Source: Octopus vulgaris
Taxonomy: Eukaryota
Direction of reading: 5' to 3'
Assembly (NCBI GenBank): GCA_951406725.2
Contig: OX597821.1
Location: 27,590,001-27,654,000 of the forward strand
Length of the DNA stretch: 64,000 bases
In this document: one piece after another, positions 1-14,663 of the stretch
How positions within the stretch are numbered: position 1 is the first letter of the stretch
Layout of the letters: each line of letters opens with the position of its first letter
Program-made: the position numbers and the translations under genes
Notes under the pieces: generated by a model
The model's input: only the letters and a program-made list of their open reading frames with translations
Databases searched by the model: none
Told to the model about the DNA's origin: nothing

Positions 1-24
1 AAACACATGATTTTCGATTTATTT

Positions 25-67
<43 letters not shown>

Positions 68-625
68 GTCCTGATGCAGTACCAGGCAGTGGCTCTCATG
101 GCTTCTGATCTTAACTGATTGGAAGTGTTATCATGTACATTGTTTTGTCTTGGTATAAAAGATGGGCTACAGCAAATATTTTGCTCAATACCACAGATTT
201 ACTTGTCAGTTGTTTGACCTTAACCAATTGAGCATGTCCCTTAGTGGCTGACGATATGTGCATCTCTGATCACGAGCAGAAGTAGTGGGGGAGCATCATA
301 GCCATGTGTTGATAGGGATTCTTTGGGGTTTGAATAATTCACCTATAGAAACATGGGTGGTTCTTTCAACATCCTTCAATAACCCTTATTCAGGGACCTT
401 TTGAGCAGGATGGGCTACTCAACCTGAAGAAAATTCTAACTGGGCCCCACCTGCAAGGTCATGTGCTGTTTATCTTGATATGAGATCACCATGTCGCGCA
501 CATATGGTTGTGATGCATGTGCCTGGTGTACCCTTATCAGATGGGTAGTCATGATGTGTATATTGGGCTTCGTATATTTTACCCCAGTGTCACTTTGATG
601 ACATGAACCGCTCTCTCACTCAATA
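68..625 (+). mobile_element. Non-coding retroelement 3' fragment embedded in (TAA)n
   Basis: A ~560-bp block of higher GC bounded on both sides by (TAA)n and ending ...ctctctcactcAATAATAAT. This is the same layout as the TAA-tailed LINEs at 13.6 and 38.5 kb. No ORF. Confidence 0.5.
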
Positions 626-2498
626 ATAATAATAATAATAAATATAAATATGCATATATTGGTACATGACATAATGACCGGTACAAACAACATGAAATGC
701 GTAAACAAACGAGTTAAATACCTAAAGAACGAGAAAGAAAAAATTGAAAAGAGGACGGATAAACATAGGGAAAGGACCCTTCATCAGCTGTCGACTGTCT
801 ATCTACTCGTCATTCGAGCATTCAACGGAAATATGAGTCTTCAAAGACATTTGCTCCTATGAATTCTAAAATAAAATTGGGAACAAAAACAGGACAGTGG
901 ATATATACAAGGAAACCGAACGAAAACAAACATGGAGGGTTGTTAGACGAGAACGAGATCAAAATAGTGAACGCTGTGAGAAATATTTTCTTCGGAAAAT
1001 AGAAAAGATACAAGAGAGAGAGAGCAAAATATTAGAAAAAAAAAACGTTCAGTCATTCATACTACAGCATCGGCTGCTAGAATATTGTAAGAAGAAATTA
1101 ATTGTTCGAGACCTTTGGAAGTGTGTTAAAATACTGATGTCTGGCATAAATTTCTAATGTATACACTTTGAATTTACTTCGCAGAAGATTAAACGGATAT
1201 GCAGATTTTAATGACGAAATCGCAAAAGGAATTGTGAAGACAGGAAAATGGGTATGTTGTAAAAATTACAATTTTTATAACATTCGCAAAGTTATATAAA
1301 AATTACACTGACATTTAATTAGAAACGTATTTCGCCTGTTGTCTTTTCTGAAATGCAGGACATATATTCAAAACATGTTAATGATGTGTAGACTTTAGTA
1401 ATATTTCTTCGGCAAAACTTTAGAGCGGCTATCCGATTAATTAATGATGTATTTAAAGACAGCGATTACTAACGTAGCTGTGTGAGTTAAGCCGGGCATA
1501 GAGTTTATATGAAATATAAAATAATTCCTAACATTATATCATTCTCTAAGTATATCTGGAGAAATGACATTCTTAAAGAGAAGTTGATATATCAAGACTG
1601 ACTTAAATGCTACCTAACAGTAATATATAAAATGATATTTTCGCAGGAATCTTGTAAAATAATACAAATGTTGGTATATAGTGAGACATATAAAATTCAT
1701 TCTTTTATTTTGAAGATAATCATTACATGGACCTTATAAAATAAAGCAGAAATTAAAGAAATGGAACAATTTTATTATGATACTCATTTCAAATTCTGTA
1801 TTTGTAACGGGATTTATGTCCCTAATTCTAGAATTCTTCGGGCCTTGGAGGAACATTAACCAAAGCAAATTAACAATAGGTCATGATCAAGGAAAATATC
1901 TGTTAGTCATACTATTTGTATTGATAGTGTCGAGATGCGCATTTTCTTCGCAGTTTCTTAACGGAAATTTACCACTTGCATTTAAGCCTATTATCTACAC
2001 CCCGCACACTATTATTAGTTGCTTCTACGTCTGTAAGTAGATATGACAATATACCTATATCTATGATGTATGGATATATATAGACTCATATAAACATACT
2101 GTGCAAAATTAATTCATACATATATGTGAGCCTGCGTCTGAGAGAGTATGTGCATGTGTATGTATGGGCAAAGGAGAGAGCCCACGGTGCAGTAAACAAC
2201 TGAAGTGAAGGGAAACGGAAAAGAAGCAAGACACACTTCGGATAAACCATACTTTTCCCCTCTATCAGATATGAGACGAAGCCGGGATTCTTCAGAATAA
2301 CTCAGAACAATTCCATGTTTCAGCACAATTATTGGAGATGAGGATAATCTAGGGGAAAGATTCTTGCAGTGGATGCAGATAACACGATAACACGATCCAA
2401 CTTAGTGAAGAGATTTGTTCTTGGTTGTCCAGACCTGTACTCAATAGAAAAATACAAAATTACTTCCTATAAAATATCCAATCTGCAGATTCTAGGGT

Positions 2499-2927
2499 AG
2501 TTAGTTAGTTAGTTAGTTAGTTAGTTAATTTGGCTCAAAAGCAAATAGCAAGGCCATGTAGGGGGACATGGAATTAAGTACAGGGTGGTGTTCATGTAAA
2601 GAGTTCAGGCCACTTGAGGTCCAGGGAGACTTTGAACAAAGCGGTCGTCGGCATCTTCACCATCTCGTCTGGCAGCTTGTTCCACGGATCCGCAACCCGG
2701 ACGGAGAAAGCTCCTCTCCTTCGATTGAGATGAAATCGTCGCAGGTAGAGCTTTTCAGAATGACCCCGCAGCCGACGCTCTGGAGCAGGAGTGAAGAACA
2801 GCTCTTTCGAGAGGTTACGCTTTCCGCTTATGCTGTTGTGGGCGAAAATGAGATCACCACGGCGGCGCCGTTTTTCAAGAGAATAAAGGTCGAGCCTCCT
2901 CAGCCTTTCTTCGTAGGGTAGATACAT
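2499..2927 (-). mobile_element. CR1/L2-group LINE 3' end (post-RT C-terminus) with (TAAC)n tail
   Basis: Minus ORF 2592-2927 reads YEERLRRLDLYSLEKRRRRGDLI...RLRGH...FSVRVADPWNKLP, typical of the CR1 ORF2 C-terminus. A short UTR and (TTAG)n on the + strand follow at 2499-2527. Confidence 0.85.
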
Positions 2928-2976
2928 ATAATAAAAATCAGTAACAACTGTACATCTTTGTTACACGCACACACAC

Positions 2977-3039
<63 letters not shown>

Positions 3040-4458
3040 ATGTTCATAAATTATGCACGCATGTTTATACTGAAAATAAAAAAAAGGAAGTATCGTAGAC
3101 TCATAATGTCATATACTTTTATAGAAATCAGATAGCGGCATTGTTTCTTTCGGTGATTTATTGTATAATTCAGTTACCAGTATCAGATACAAAATGTTGG
3201 AATGCTCGCTTATTTTAATGAGTCAATAATTTAGCTATGTTGTTGATACAATCTAATATAGATGTCAACTAAAGTATGAGGTTTTCTGTCGATATTAACC
3301 ATCATAAATTATGAAACACTATCAATTGTAAGCCTTTCCGAACCATCTCTTTAAACACATGATTTTCGACTTGTTTTAAGACATTCCAGGTTTAGAAATG
3401 CTAAAGTATATTACTTTGAAGAGGAAGCTAGTTCAATATGTCTCAATACACCTCAGTTGATTTAAATTTTGTAAGTGTAAATAAAATATACAATGCCTGA
3501 AAATATCCAAGCTCGAAAGAATTATTCTTCTATTTACTTATTTCCTTGCCTGATATCTGGCATCCTAACAAGTAACTGATATATTCTTTGTATCCATACC
3601 TTCATACAGAAATGAAAAAAATATCGTCAACTAAATCCCGAAACCTTATAGATGTATATTTCTTGTCATGCATCTGTAAAGCTGTACATAAGAAACAAAC
3701 TCCGCTGAAAGTCCCAAGAAATTATGTTATAGTAGAAACAAGGTGATAAAAAACAACAATGAAGAGAAAACGAAAAAAAGTAATATGCGCGCTTACTGAT
3801 ACAAACAAATAAAAATGGTATGTGAAATATGTGCATAGCTTTATCTTTTGAAGAGGGAATTAGTAATTATAATAGCATTAGAAGAGTAACTTTTATAGAT
3901 ATTTAAAGACATACAAATGTATATATTCACATTCACATAGGCATAATAGCACGCACACAGCCACACATGTATAACCATTCCCCTCACGCACATACACATT
4001 CACTTAAGCATATATATATACAAAAATATATGTTTTAGTGTATAGACATGTAATGTTGGCAGGTGTGAGAATTAGATAAGGAGTTAACATTAATCTTATA
4101 ATACAATATGCATTCAAATTACCTACTTTAAATTACTTCATACACTCAAAAATCTACGTACATAATAGTATTATCAAAGTATACACCCACTTCTTCTAAA
4201 TATATGTATACCGTAGGAAATACTTTTAAAAAGGCATCATACTGCTGAAATTCTATGTCTTTGGTAGGAAGACATGATTAAAACTTCGTACTTGCATTCT
4301 CGTTATATTGGTATCATTCCTTACATAGCAGTACTTAGTACAAATGTCGCACTAAACATAACAAATTTAGCGGGGTTCCTTTCAATGGCAGTCTTCTTAG
4401 CGTTTATGATATATCTCATCTATTAATATATCTATAAGTATCTCTCCTTCTCTCTGTA

Positions 4459-4495
<37 letters not shown>

Positions 4496-4576
4496 CAAAG
4501 TGGAATTGTAGGGTACCGCACGAGTGGAATTATATATGAAAGAAGGTTTGAAAATGCAATTTTAAAAGATGTTTAT

Positions 4577-4621
4577 TTATTTTACCGGTTTCATTCTTTG
4601 GAAAAAGATTGTCAAAAGTAA
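4577..4621 (-). ncRNA. Minimal type I hammerhead-like motif, U3-A8 core variant
   Basis: Minus strand: ttactt TTGACAA tcttt-ttcc-aaaga at GAAA CCGG TA aaataa. Stem I pairs 5/6 and stem III is the palindrome ACCGGT. Confidence 0.5.
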
Positions 4622-4790
4622 CATGTAAAAGTGTGGTTGTGTTAATTATTGGTTGTTACAAAATGCTACATTACATATATACAGTATTTGGTAACAAGAG
4701 CATGTTAAGGACATACAGTTTAACAAGTTCCTTAAAATATTGGGCACAAAAGATTATAACATAAATATAGATATATATATATATGTATAT

Positions 4791-4821
<31 letters not shown>

Positions 4822-4856
4822 TATGTGTGTATATATATATATATATATATGTATAT

Positions 4857-4901
<45 letters not shown>

Positions 4902-5361
4902 GCATATATATACATTTATATTACTATTACTATTTATATATATATTACATTACTATTTCTAAATCTCTCAGCTAGAGGCATTCAGTAACAGTACTCTAGA
5001 CTAAATAATATTTGCCAACATAATGTGACAGCCCTGCTTGACAACCTATCCTTACTCTAGAATACTGTTAATGAATGTATTTCGTTGAAAAATTTACAAA
5101 TGGTACTTTTCTATTTTACTAGATGAGTGACAGTGTATGACTTTAGAAACTATATATTTCGGACAAGAATTTGGCAGCGCCACTAGTAGCCGAAAGTTAT
5201 ACTTCGCTGATGAAGGGAAATAATCCAGGAATAGCGTTACACAGATATTGCTTTGGCTGAGTGGGGATGCTAAACTCTCTTGTTAAAAAACATGAGGACA
5301 CAAATAGGAACAGCAGTAATATTCGTCTTAACTAGAACTGCAACGTTATGTTGTCAAATAA

Positions 5362-5457
<96 letters not shown>

Positions 5458-6248
5458 GTGTGTGTGTGTATACGCATACATACATACGTACGCACGTTTT
5501 TTCGTTATTTTTTTACTCTCTACTGGAGTAACATTCACACTGGTTTTTCTATCCATTCTCATGTGCCTTGCCTTATTTCCCTATCAGTGTTTTGTTTATT
5601 TTGTGTTTAATTAACACACGCACACTGATCGTCTATATCCATAATCCAGTATTTTTCTTTCAGAATATGGACAAGCTATCGAATGTTAAAGACACTGCAT
5701 TGAACTCGCATTTCCACTTCTTAAGATTTACACTAACACGAAAATCTTTTATTCCCCTCTTGTTAAAAGAGTGAGCAGATCACAAAGTGTTTATTACTAA
5801 CATGTGTGATGTGATTTTTCGGCAAAAAAAATTACACAGAGAAATGACCAGGTAATCTAAGGATTAGATCGGGCAAAAGAACTAAGAAAGAGAAGGGTAT
5901 GATATTGACTAAGTGCTGTAAATAGTAATATTCAATCAAAGAGATAAATCCCTGCGAAATTCTTAAGAAGGATTGCTTAGAATTATATCACAGGGAAACG
6001 CCAAATGAAAATATTATGTAAAAAACTTGAAACATTGGGAAAGGATACTACCAGGGAAAAAGTAAAATAGATATCAGTGGTTAAAAATAGAAGAAATTCT
6101 CCAATTGATGTAGAAGCGCTAAAGAACATTTACGCAAAGTACAAAGTCTGTTTGATTCACATACTTCGGAATCTACAAGTTCTACAGGGACTCAAACACA
6201 AGCATACACACACACAAACATATACGAGTGGACAGATAAAAGAAAATG

Positions 6249-6306
<58 letters not shown>

Positions 6307-6421
6307 GATATAGGCTAAAGAATTAGTAATTTAATAAATTAATTAACTTTACCACGTAGTTTCGGTATGGAAAAGAACCAAATTCGGTAAAAACTTATTC
6401 AAAAAGCTTTTTATATATAAT

Positions 6422-6651
6422 TATAACAATAAATAAGGGTTTAGCAACAAGTTGCTTCACCACATACCGAAAATTTTAGAAATAGCAGCCAAAAGACCGC
6501 TATTTCTTTTTCTCATGAAATATGATAACAGTGTTGTTGTCTGTGGAGATATATTTTGTAGGAAAAAGAAATAGCGGTCCTGTGGCTGCTATTTCTAAAT
6601 TTTCGGTATGCGGTGAAGAAACTTGTTGCTAAACCCTTAATTATTGTTATA
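6422..6651. repeat. ~90-bp inverted repeat (foldback) with ~50-bp spacer
   Basis: 6422-6512 (tataacaat...tagaaatagcagcc...gaccgctatttctttttc) is the near reverse complement of 6562-6651. Confidence 0.85.
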
Positions 6652-6863
6652 TATATATGTATTGTATATAAACGAACAGATGTTATGTAAGTATATGTCA
6701 TATATATTCTTATACATGTGTGTATGTATTCCGCTTGCAAAAGCAACTTTTCTCTGAATAGATAATGGTTTTCTGTTATAATGAATCAGCAAATGTTTCT
6801 ACATAGAAGTAATTGAAAAGACTATAAATTCGCCGATGATCATGACGATGATGGTGATGATGG

Positions 6864-6911
<48 letters not shown>

Positions 6912-7817
6912 CGTGATGAAGATGATATATAATTTTCAATTTATTGAAATAAAGGAGAGATAAATAAATGCATATAATACATGTCATAGGACAGAGGTTT
7001 GAATCCTCGGAGGCATTTTGTCCGCCATTAGGTTCTCAGTTCAAATTACGCCCAAGATGACTTTCTCTTTCATCCCTTCTGGGTCGAGATAATAAGTACC
7101 AGTTGAACACTGAGATCAATGTAATCGGCTTACTGACCTCTCCCGAAATTGTTGTCATGTGGATATCTATAACATTACATCACTCCGTCTTTCCCGATGT
7201 CCTCACACACACACCCACACACATTCGTACACACAAATATTTATATTTAAGACTATTTGCAGCAACATGCAAGCATTCAGGCACAATAGCTACCGATTGT
7301 GAGAAAGCGGAAGCGTTGCAGAGAGAGTTGAGCGTGGGTGGAGAACGAGAGAGAGAGAGAAATGAAATTTAAACATTTAATTCAAGGCAATAATTTTTTG
7401 CGAGTCACTGCTGGAAATTCACAAACTCATTCATCAAATGAGTGATTACAAGCTGGTTGAATTTATTTGTTTAGTGATGCTAAAATTGTTTTGGTCCTGC
7501 TGAAAACAAATTGACTGGAAAATACAGATTTCACAGCTGAACATATTAATTTATAGACTTGTGGGTAACCTAGGGTGTTATCGGCAAAAATTTGTTGCGT
7601 AAAAGGGGAGGTGTACAGGATATTCATGTACTGATAGTTGGAGTGTGAATTTCATGGATGTTCAAAAATTATAGGGTGGAAAAGAAGCTGTACGTATATG
7701 AGTTTGGATGTTCTGAATGATCATGTATGAGTGTGAGTTTCTGTATGTATGCTTCTGAAGATAGGTGTTGTATGGATGTTGGGTGATGTATGGATATATT
7801 GCTTTTTTATAAACAGG

Positions 7818-7895
7818 AGATGTGAATGACATTTAAAAAAAAAACGTAGATGTGAATGACATTAAAAAAAAACGTAGATGTGAATGACATTAAAC
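7818..7895. repeat. Three tandem ~30-bp units
   Basis: agatgtgaatgacatt(t)a(n)cgt is repeated three times, with the last unit partial. Confidence 0.85.
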
Positions 7896-10019
7896 AAAAT
7901 CTACGTTTTAATAGGCTGGTGATAAAAGAGGAAGATTGAAGATCATGTAGGGAGTTGGATGGAATCTCACGTTGTTACGTACTTGAAATTGAATTACTAT
8001 CACTCGTTGGCGTTTACATGAATACTGATTGGTGGATTCAGGCGAAGGGATAGAGTAAATGGGAATAATATATGCGATAGTATAATAGGCGTTACACATC
8101 TTGTTTAAAGGCCAGCAATTTCGGAGGAGGGCGTCAGTTCTTTACAACGACAATAGTATTCAACTAATAATTACTTTAACGATGTTGAAAGGATGAAAGA
8201 CAAAGTCGACCACGGCAGAATTTTAATTCAAAACATAAAGACGAAAGAAATACCACTAGGCGTTTTGCCCAGCGCGCTAACAATATAACAAACGCACTGC
8301 CTTGTAATAGTCTAAAAATAAAAAATAATTATTAAGAAATATATAGCCGTGGTAGTCTTTGGCTTTTATCATTTCAGGGTTAATAAAATACTTTACGAGT
8401 CGAGTACTTCATTCGTACTAAACTGCTGTCAAAAGTTGAAAAAAGATAATGGTTTCTAATATAATGTAAAGACGACGATTTTGAAGAGAAAGGATTTTGT
8501 TTACATTATTGTCCACAAATAGTGGCTGGTGCTTCCATTTTATCACTCCGAAAAGGCAAAGAATAGAAGACCAGAATGTGATTTGAACTCAAAATAAGAG
8601 AGCCGAAACAAATTGTTCTAAGGTTTCCTGCACCACACTGACCTAACCCTCTCACTACCATCATGTCTATATTAATGATAAATATAATTATAGCGCACGA
8701 TGGAATATATTATCAGTAATATGACAAAAGAAAAAATGAGATTATGAGAGTATAATTATGTTTGGCTAGAAATTATAAATACATGTATGTTGAAATAAAC
8801 ATAAAATTATAAATGAAAATACGAACAAAATTATAGTCTAATGACAGGAAAATGATAATATCAATTATGATATTAAATGTGAATATCTTAACATGAATTT
8901 TTGTGAAGCACTCCAAAAACTTTTTTTAAATTAAAAAATATAACTCAAAATTTCTTTCAGAGTTTTTATAAAATTGTTTGAAAAAATATTTTATTTTAAA
9001 GCTTCATTTTACAATAATTTCAAAGCAATTCTTCATAAGGACGTTTCCAAAAAAAAGTTGCGCAAGTGTAACTAAGTAGGCATGGATAAGAACGAAGGTG
9101 ATTAAGGATAACAGTCTTAATTAAAGATAGCCTTGAAGGTAAAAAAAATAATAAGGAAATTGGTATTAATAATGGTAATAGCGTTTTAGTCATAAGGATG
9201 GTGTTGAAGATAGGAAAATTGAGAATTGTTCCTTGTAAATTCGAAATATGTAAGCAGAGGCATAATAGGTACTAAGTTCAAGAAATGTGAAGAGTGAATA
9301 TGCTAAGGATCTTTTTAAGAGTTATCGTTGGTAGAATCATTAAAGCCTCGGACTTTGCGACATTTTCCCTGTCTCTACGTTCTTAATTCAAATGCCGCCG
9401 AGTTAAACTTTCACTCTCATTCTTTACAGGTAGATTCAATACGTCACAGTTCAGCACTGGAATATAGTCGACTTGTACTATCACTTAGTATTTCATTGTT
9501 AGTGACTATATTAGAAAAAATAAAAGCCGACATGCTGACAAATAGTTAACAAGCTGGTCAAAATACTTAGTGACATTTCTTTCGGATCTATAAATTATCA
9601 GTTTGAATTATATTGTGGTCGATTTTACCTTTCATCGTCTAATGATTCATAAAATAATTACCAGTTTTGTAGTGGGTCGATGAAACCGACTTCGTCATTT
9701 TACATTCACTGGTACTGTACCAGAATTAGAAAGAAATATTATGAAAGCTGGTGTTTTCGTAAAATAGTTACCGTGCAGGACAAAATACTTCGCTTCATTC
9801 CGGCTTTATGCTTTAGGATCAAATGACAACCGAAGTGAACTTTGCAGTACATTCCTTTGGATACAATAGAATAAGCGCCAGTTGAGTGTTGGATCCGATG
9901 TAATCAACTAACACACTTCCCAAAATTACAGGCCTTATGCCTTTGGTAAAAAGATTATTATTATTTATACACATTCAACAGATTACACTGTTGGGAAAGA
10001 AAAGAATCAAGCTACAACA

Positions 10020-11275
10020 ATTACATGCGAAGAAACCTCCTATGGGGTTACGGCAAATAACCTTAGATGCCAAGAACCCTCTTAAGTATCCTAGCTGTTT
10101 CTAATAACACTGCTTTCTGCAGCTGTGCTAAAATGGGTTTTGTGCCTGTTTCCTCTATCCATCTGTGCAGGTATTTAGGGATAGTTCCCAATGCACCTAT
10201 ATCTACTGGGACACATCTTACCCGAAATTTCCATAGTCTCTGTAATTCAATCGCTAGGTCCTGGTACTTTTGTCTCTACTCCTCATTGACTGTAAAGTCA
10301 ATTATCTGGTACATTCTAATCTCTTTATCTCCTACTATCTAATCAGGCTTTCTAGCTTCTATTACTCAGTCAGTTTGAATATTAAACTCCCACAACATCT
10401 TGTACTTCTTACTTTCTAGTAGTTTACTAGGTCCATGTTCATGCGATTTATCAGTATGGGCAAATCCTAGTACTCTACAAAGCTCCCAGTGGATTGCTTC
10501 CCCTAGATTACCATGTCTTTTCTCGTATACCTTCTGTGCTAGCATGCTACATTCTCTTACTCTATGAGTAGCACATTCTTTTTTGATTTGCATAATATAC
10601 ATTGGGAATGTACTTGGTTTTTGTATATCTTGGCTTTTATCCAATTAGTCCTTAATGTTTAACCTGGTGCTGCTACTAACATATTTTGTGTTTCCCCCTT
10701 CAGCTTTCCCTTCTGCAACCTTAACTATTTGCTGAGACTGTCTTTGGAAACCTTCCGTGCAACGCCTTCTCCTGCCATTCAGATATTTTAAAACTGGTTT
10801 TTAAATTCGTTTTGCTATTTTGGTTTCCCAATGTCTTGCTGTGGCTCTAGCAGCTTTTAATAAACTAATAAACTTTCTTCACTATTATCTACATGGGAGT
10901 CTATATCTACTCTAGTTAGCTCCATGCAGTCTTCCACTGATATAAACCCACTTCTAACGTCTTTTCTAGGTAGGTATAATCTTGGTATTCCTGTGCTTCG
11001 GTGGTGTCCTCTATACATATTGCATTCCTTCCTAGTTTTTCTGCCTAGCTTTGTTAATTCAGTTTTTGTCCAATCTACAAATACTGATGTGTATCTAAGT
11101 AATGATACTGCCCAAGTATTTACAGCCTTCACTAGATTCGGACCAGTTAGCTTTCACTTCATTAGCTTCCTCAGCCTTCTTATGTACTCCTCAATTTTTA
11201 TTTTCATTTCTATACTTAGTATTCTGTCTGATTCTAGTACACCTACATACTTATAACTCTCTACTCCTTTCAATG
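10020..11275 (-). mobile_element. Decayed R4/Dong-type non-LTR retrotransposon 3' part
   Basis: Broken minus-strand ORFs: KAVNTWAVSLLRY...RLYLPRKDVRSGFISVEDC and KRHGNLGEAIHWELC...LWEFNIQTD. These parallel the YIHRHD..IHWKLC..ILWDMPIHTD motifs of the LINE at 13.6 kb. Confidence 0.75.
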
Positions 11276-12645
11276 TGACGTACCAGTTAAATGGAATATT
11301 TTTTCCTTCTTACATGAATTTTAATCCAGCGATTATTTTCTTTACTGATCATTTCAAGTGCCCCTACGATCGTGTTCTCGGTGGAAACAATAAACAGTCC
11401 TATAAACTTTTATTTTTGGACTTTCATAATTTTGGAAATTGGACCGTTATCAATCCAGTAAATAATGCTGGATCTATGTTTAAGAAAAGTTATAGGCAAT
11501 GTCTCTACTTTGGTTCAGGAAGGCTGCAATATCTTTTGTGTTTGAATTCACTGTGTCGAAGGATAACGCTACCTGACTAGTCTCCGATTAGAACTCACCA
11601 CAAAACGACTGTCAGATTAATACATTTTCAACTAGATCATGTGTTTTCACATTCACAGAACAAGACACAAAGGACAGATATACTCATATATTTAAGTATT
11701 TATGTGCCTTTATATGTATGTATACTTAATTTTGTAACCGTGTGTTCTTGCTTATTCTTAAGTATATAGAAATTTATGAGAGAATTCCATGTGTAAACAA
11801 AATTTAACTCGTATGAAATATGTGCAATACCATTATTTCTTTCTATAGTAAGTAGTATGAAGATAATAGAAGAGGTAGAATGCTCTAACTATTTTGAAAC
11901 AATTACTTCTGAAATGCCCACCAAAAGAATAAGTAACTTCATTGTTTGGACGTTAATTTATTCAAATAATATCATTACAAATTTCACTCGGGTAACATAT
12001 TTTTTACATAATGAATATTTGAAATAAGTTATCATTTAGTAACTTTTCTGCGTATTAGTATGTATACTTATAAGCACCTGTATCTGCTTATGGGTTACTT
12101 TGTATGTGTTTCTGCCAAAGATATTTTTATGAAGTTGATTTATAATATTTGTATTAATATGATTGATGTACAGGCTAAAAGTATCTTACCAAAAAGACAT
12201 CGTTTACTTCCCATATTTGGATTTTATATGCCCATTTCTTTTATTAATTCTGTGTAATATCTCCTAACCATATTTCCGCATGGATCATAAACGTTCCCCG
12301 ATAATAGAAATTCATTGAAGCAAATTTAACATTCGAAACCATGTAACGCATTGCTGGAAAAGGACATTTTAAATTCGTTGCTTGGCTAATTGTTCCACAT
12401 CATTTCTGATCCATATTGCAGTTTGTTTATTAGTGCATTTCAGCTCTATGCATTAGTAAATTCAAACGGCTGCTTTTAGTTATTTGAAATTGTGTCCTCT
12501 GATATTAAGCAATAATGAATATCTTCGACCATAAATCAGTAACTCTCGCATTTGTGATGCGTGAGTTTGTGCAGGCGTGTGTCTTTGTGTGTTACTGTGT
12601 ATACATACATACATATATAAATATACACCCTTACATATGTATTAC

Positions 12646-12685
<40 letters not shown>

Positions 12686-13595
12686 GTATATATATATATT
12701 TATATACACTCATTCATGTTTAGTGAACCGGAGGAACTATAATATTTTTATAGCCATCAACGATAGTTTTTCACCTTGATGAATGGGCGAATTGTATGAT
12801 ACCGATCAAGTGGTTTTAAAGGAATTTGATTTATATGCAGCCAAATCAGACCACCAATGAACAAACGATTCAGCAGTTACATCCGTAACAACAGAGTTAA
12901 ATATTTTGTTGTTTCAAATATATGACATCGGTGTGCAGGGATTAAATCCGTGATAACTTTAATGATGCTTTATTTCTTTACTTTCGTTTATATTCGATAT
13001 TTCTTTAGCTTGTTTAATGATGTTCTCCAAAACACAAACTGTCAATCAAATATATAATGGACAAACATCAAGTATGGTAAACTATTTGGCAAAAAGGTTC
13101 CTCTGTGAATTTTAAGCTTTTCCATTACTTTCCAATGCGTATTGTATATTTGATTTCGTTTTAGAATATTTGAACTTAATGAATTTTGCTAAAAGAAGCA
13201 GCAAAATTAGAGTCTTCCTTGTACAAACAGTAATCTGCAGCCTTCCTATTTAAAGGGAAAAACTACACTGCTGCATTTCCCTCTCCTCCTCATCCTCCTA
13301 CTATTACTTATACAGCTGATGGCACCACTATACTGCTACCGCCACCATCAGCACCATAGATACTACTAACACTTTCTAAGAAATTGACCAAACATTTTGG
13401 TTTTGGGAGGCGGCAGGTCGACGACATCGACCCCAGTGCTTGAATGGTATTTATTTTATCGACCTTGGAGGGATGGAATAAAGTCAATCACAGCGAAAAT
13501 GAACTGAGAACGTAAAGTGGAACCAAATACCGCTAAGCAATTTTCCCCGGTTCGCCGCATTGCTGCGACTAATGATATCGATAATCATAATGATG

Positions 13596-13644
<49 letters not shown>

Positions 13645-13648
<4 letters not shown>

Positions 13649-14663
13649 CACAAGGAAGCTGACAAATACAAACAAGAAATCATACCACCTAATAAACATG
13701 AAGAAGAAGAAGAAGAAGATGAAGAAACAACAAAAGCTATAAAACAAATGAAATCCAAACTAAAAACAGAACAGCAACGAACCATGATAAAACGATGGCA
13801 AGAAAAGCCCCTTCATGGTAAATACTGCACTAAACTAAACGCAAAAGAAATAGACAAAGAAAAATCCCAGCAATGGTTGAGAAGCTCAGGACTCAAAGCA
13901 GAAACAGAGGGATTTTTAATTGCAGCACAAGACCAAAGCCTCCCCACCAGAAATTACCAAAAACATGTAATGAAAAGAAATATTACAAGTAACTGCAGAA
14001 TATGTGGAGATGGACAAGAAACAATAAATCATATTATCTCTAGCTGCCCAGTCCTGGCTAAGAAGGAATATATTCACAGACATGACAGAGTTGGAACCTA
14101 CATACATTGGAAGCTATGCCAACATTATGGAATAACAACAGAAAAAAGATGGTATAGGCACACACCAGAAAAGGTCACAGAAAACGAGAAAGCAACCATA
14201 CTCTGGGATATGCCGATACACACAGATAGAGAAATTAAGGCCAACAGACCAGATATAGTTGTCAGAGATCATGAAGAAAAAAAATGCTTTTTAATTGATG
14301 TATCAATACCGGCAGATGACAACGTGTCTCTAAAAGAAATGGAGAAACTCTCAAAATACAAAGACCTGGAAATAGAGGTAACTAGAATGTGGAATCTGAA
14401 AACAGAAACAATTCCTATCATAGTAGGTGCATTAGGCATGATAAAAAAATATTCAGACAAATACATAACAAAAACACCAGGACTTACAAACACATATAAC
14501 ATACAGAAAATTGCACTACTAGGCACTGCCCACATCCTACGCAGAACACTTTCCATACAATAACCATCAGAGCATCACAACAAATCACAGCACATACCCA
14601 AGGCACACAGAGCTGCGCTCGGTAGTGAAGTGAAAGCACGCTATAAAAATAAAAATAAAACTA

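Noticed and set aside
775-850. CTGATGA and TTGAAGA...GAA motifs on the minus strand
   Set aside because: Stems II and III cannot be paired convincingly, so at most a badly decayed hammerhead.
2250-2435. Possible minus-strand exons here and at ~24.5-24.8 kb and ~20.2-20.3 kb
   Set aside because: AG acceptor-like sites exist, but the frames I translated close early with no recognisable protein. Cannot be supported without RNA data.
5201-5245. CTGATGA-agggaaataatcca-GGAA as a hammerhead
   Set aside because: GAAA is altered and there is no stem I partner.
7818-7895. CRISPR-like repeat
   Set aside because: No unique spacers, eukaryotic context and no cas genes.
13517-13645. N-terminal poly-Asn extension of the 348-aa ORF
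   Set aside because: Chance in-frame read-through from a SINE remnant and (TAA)n into the truncated LINE.
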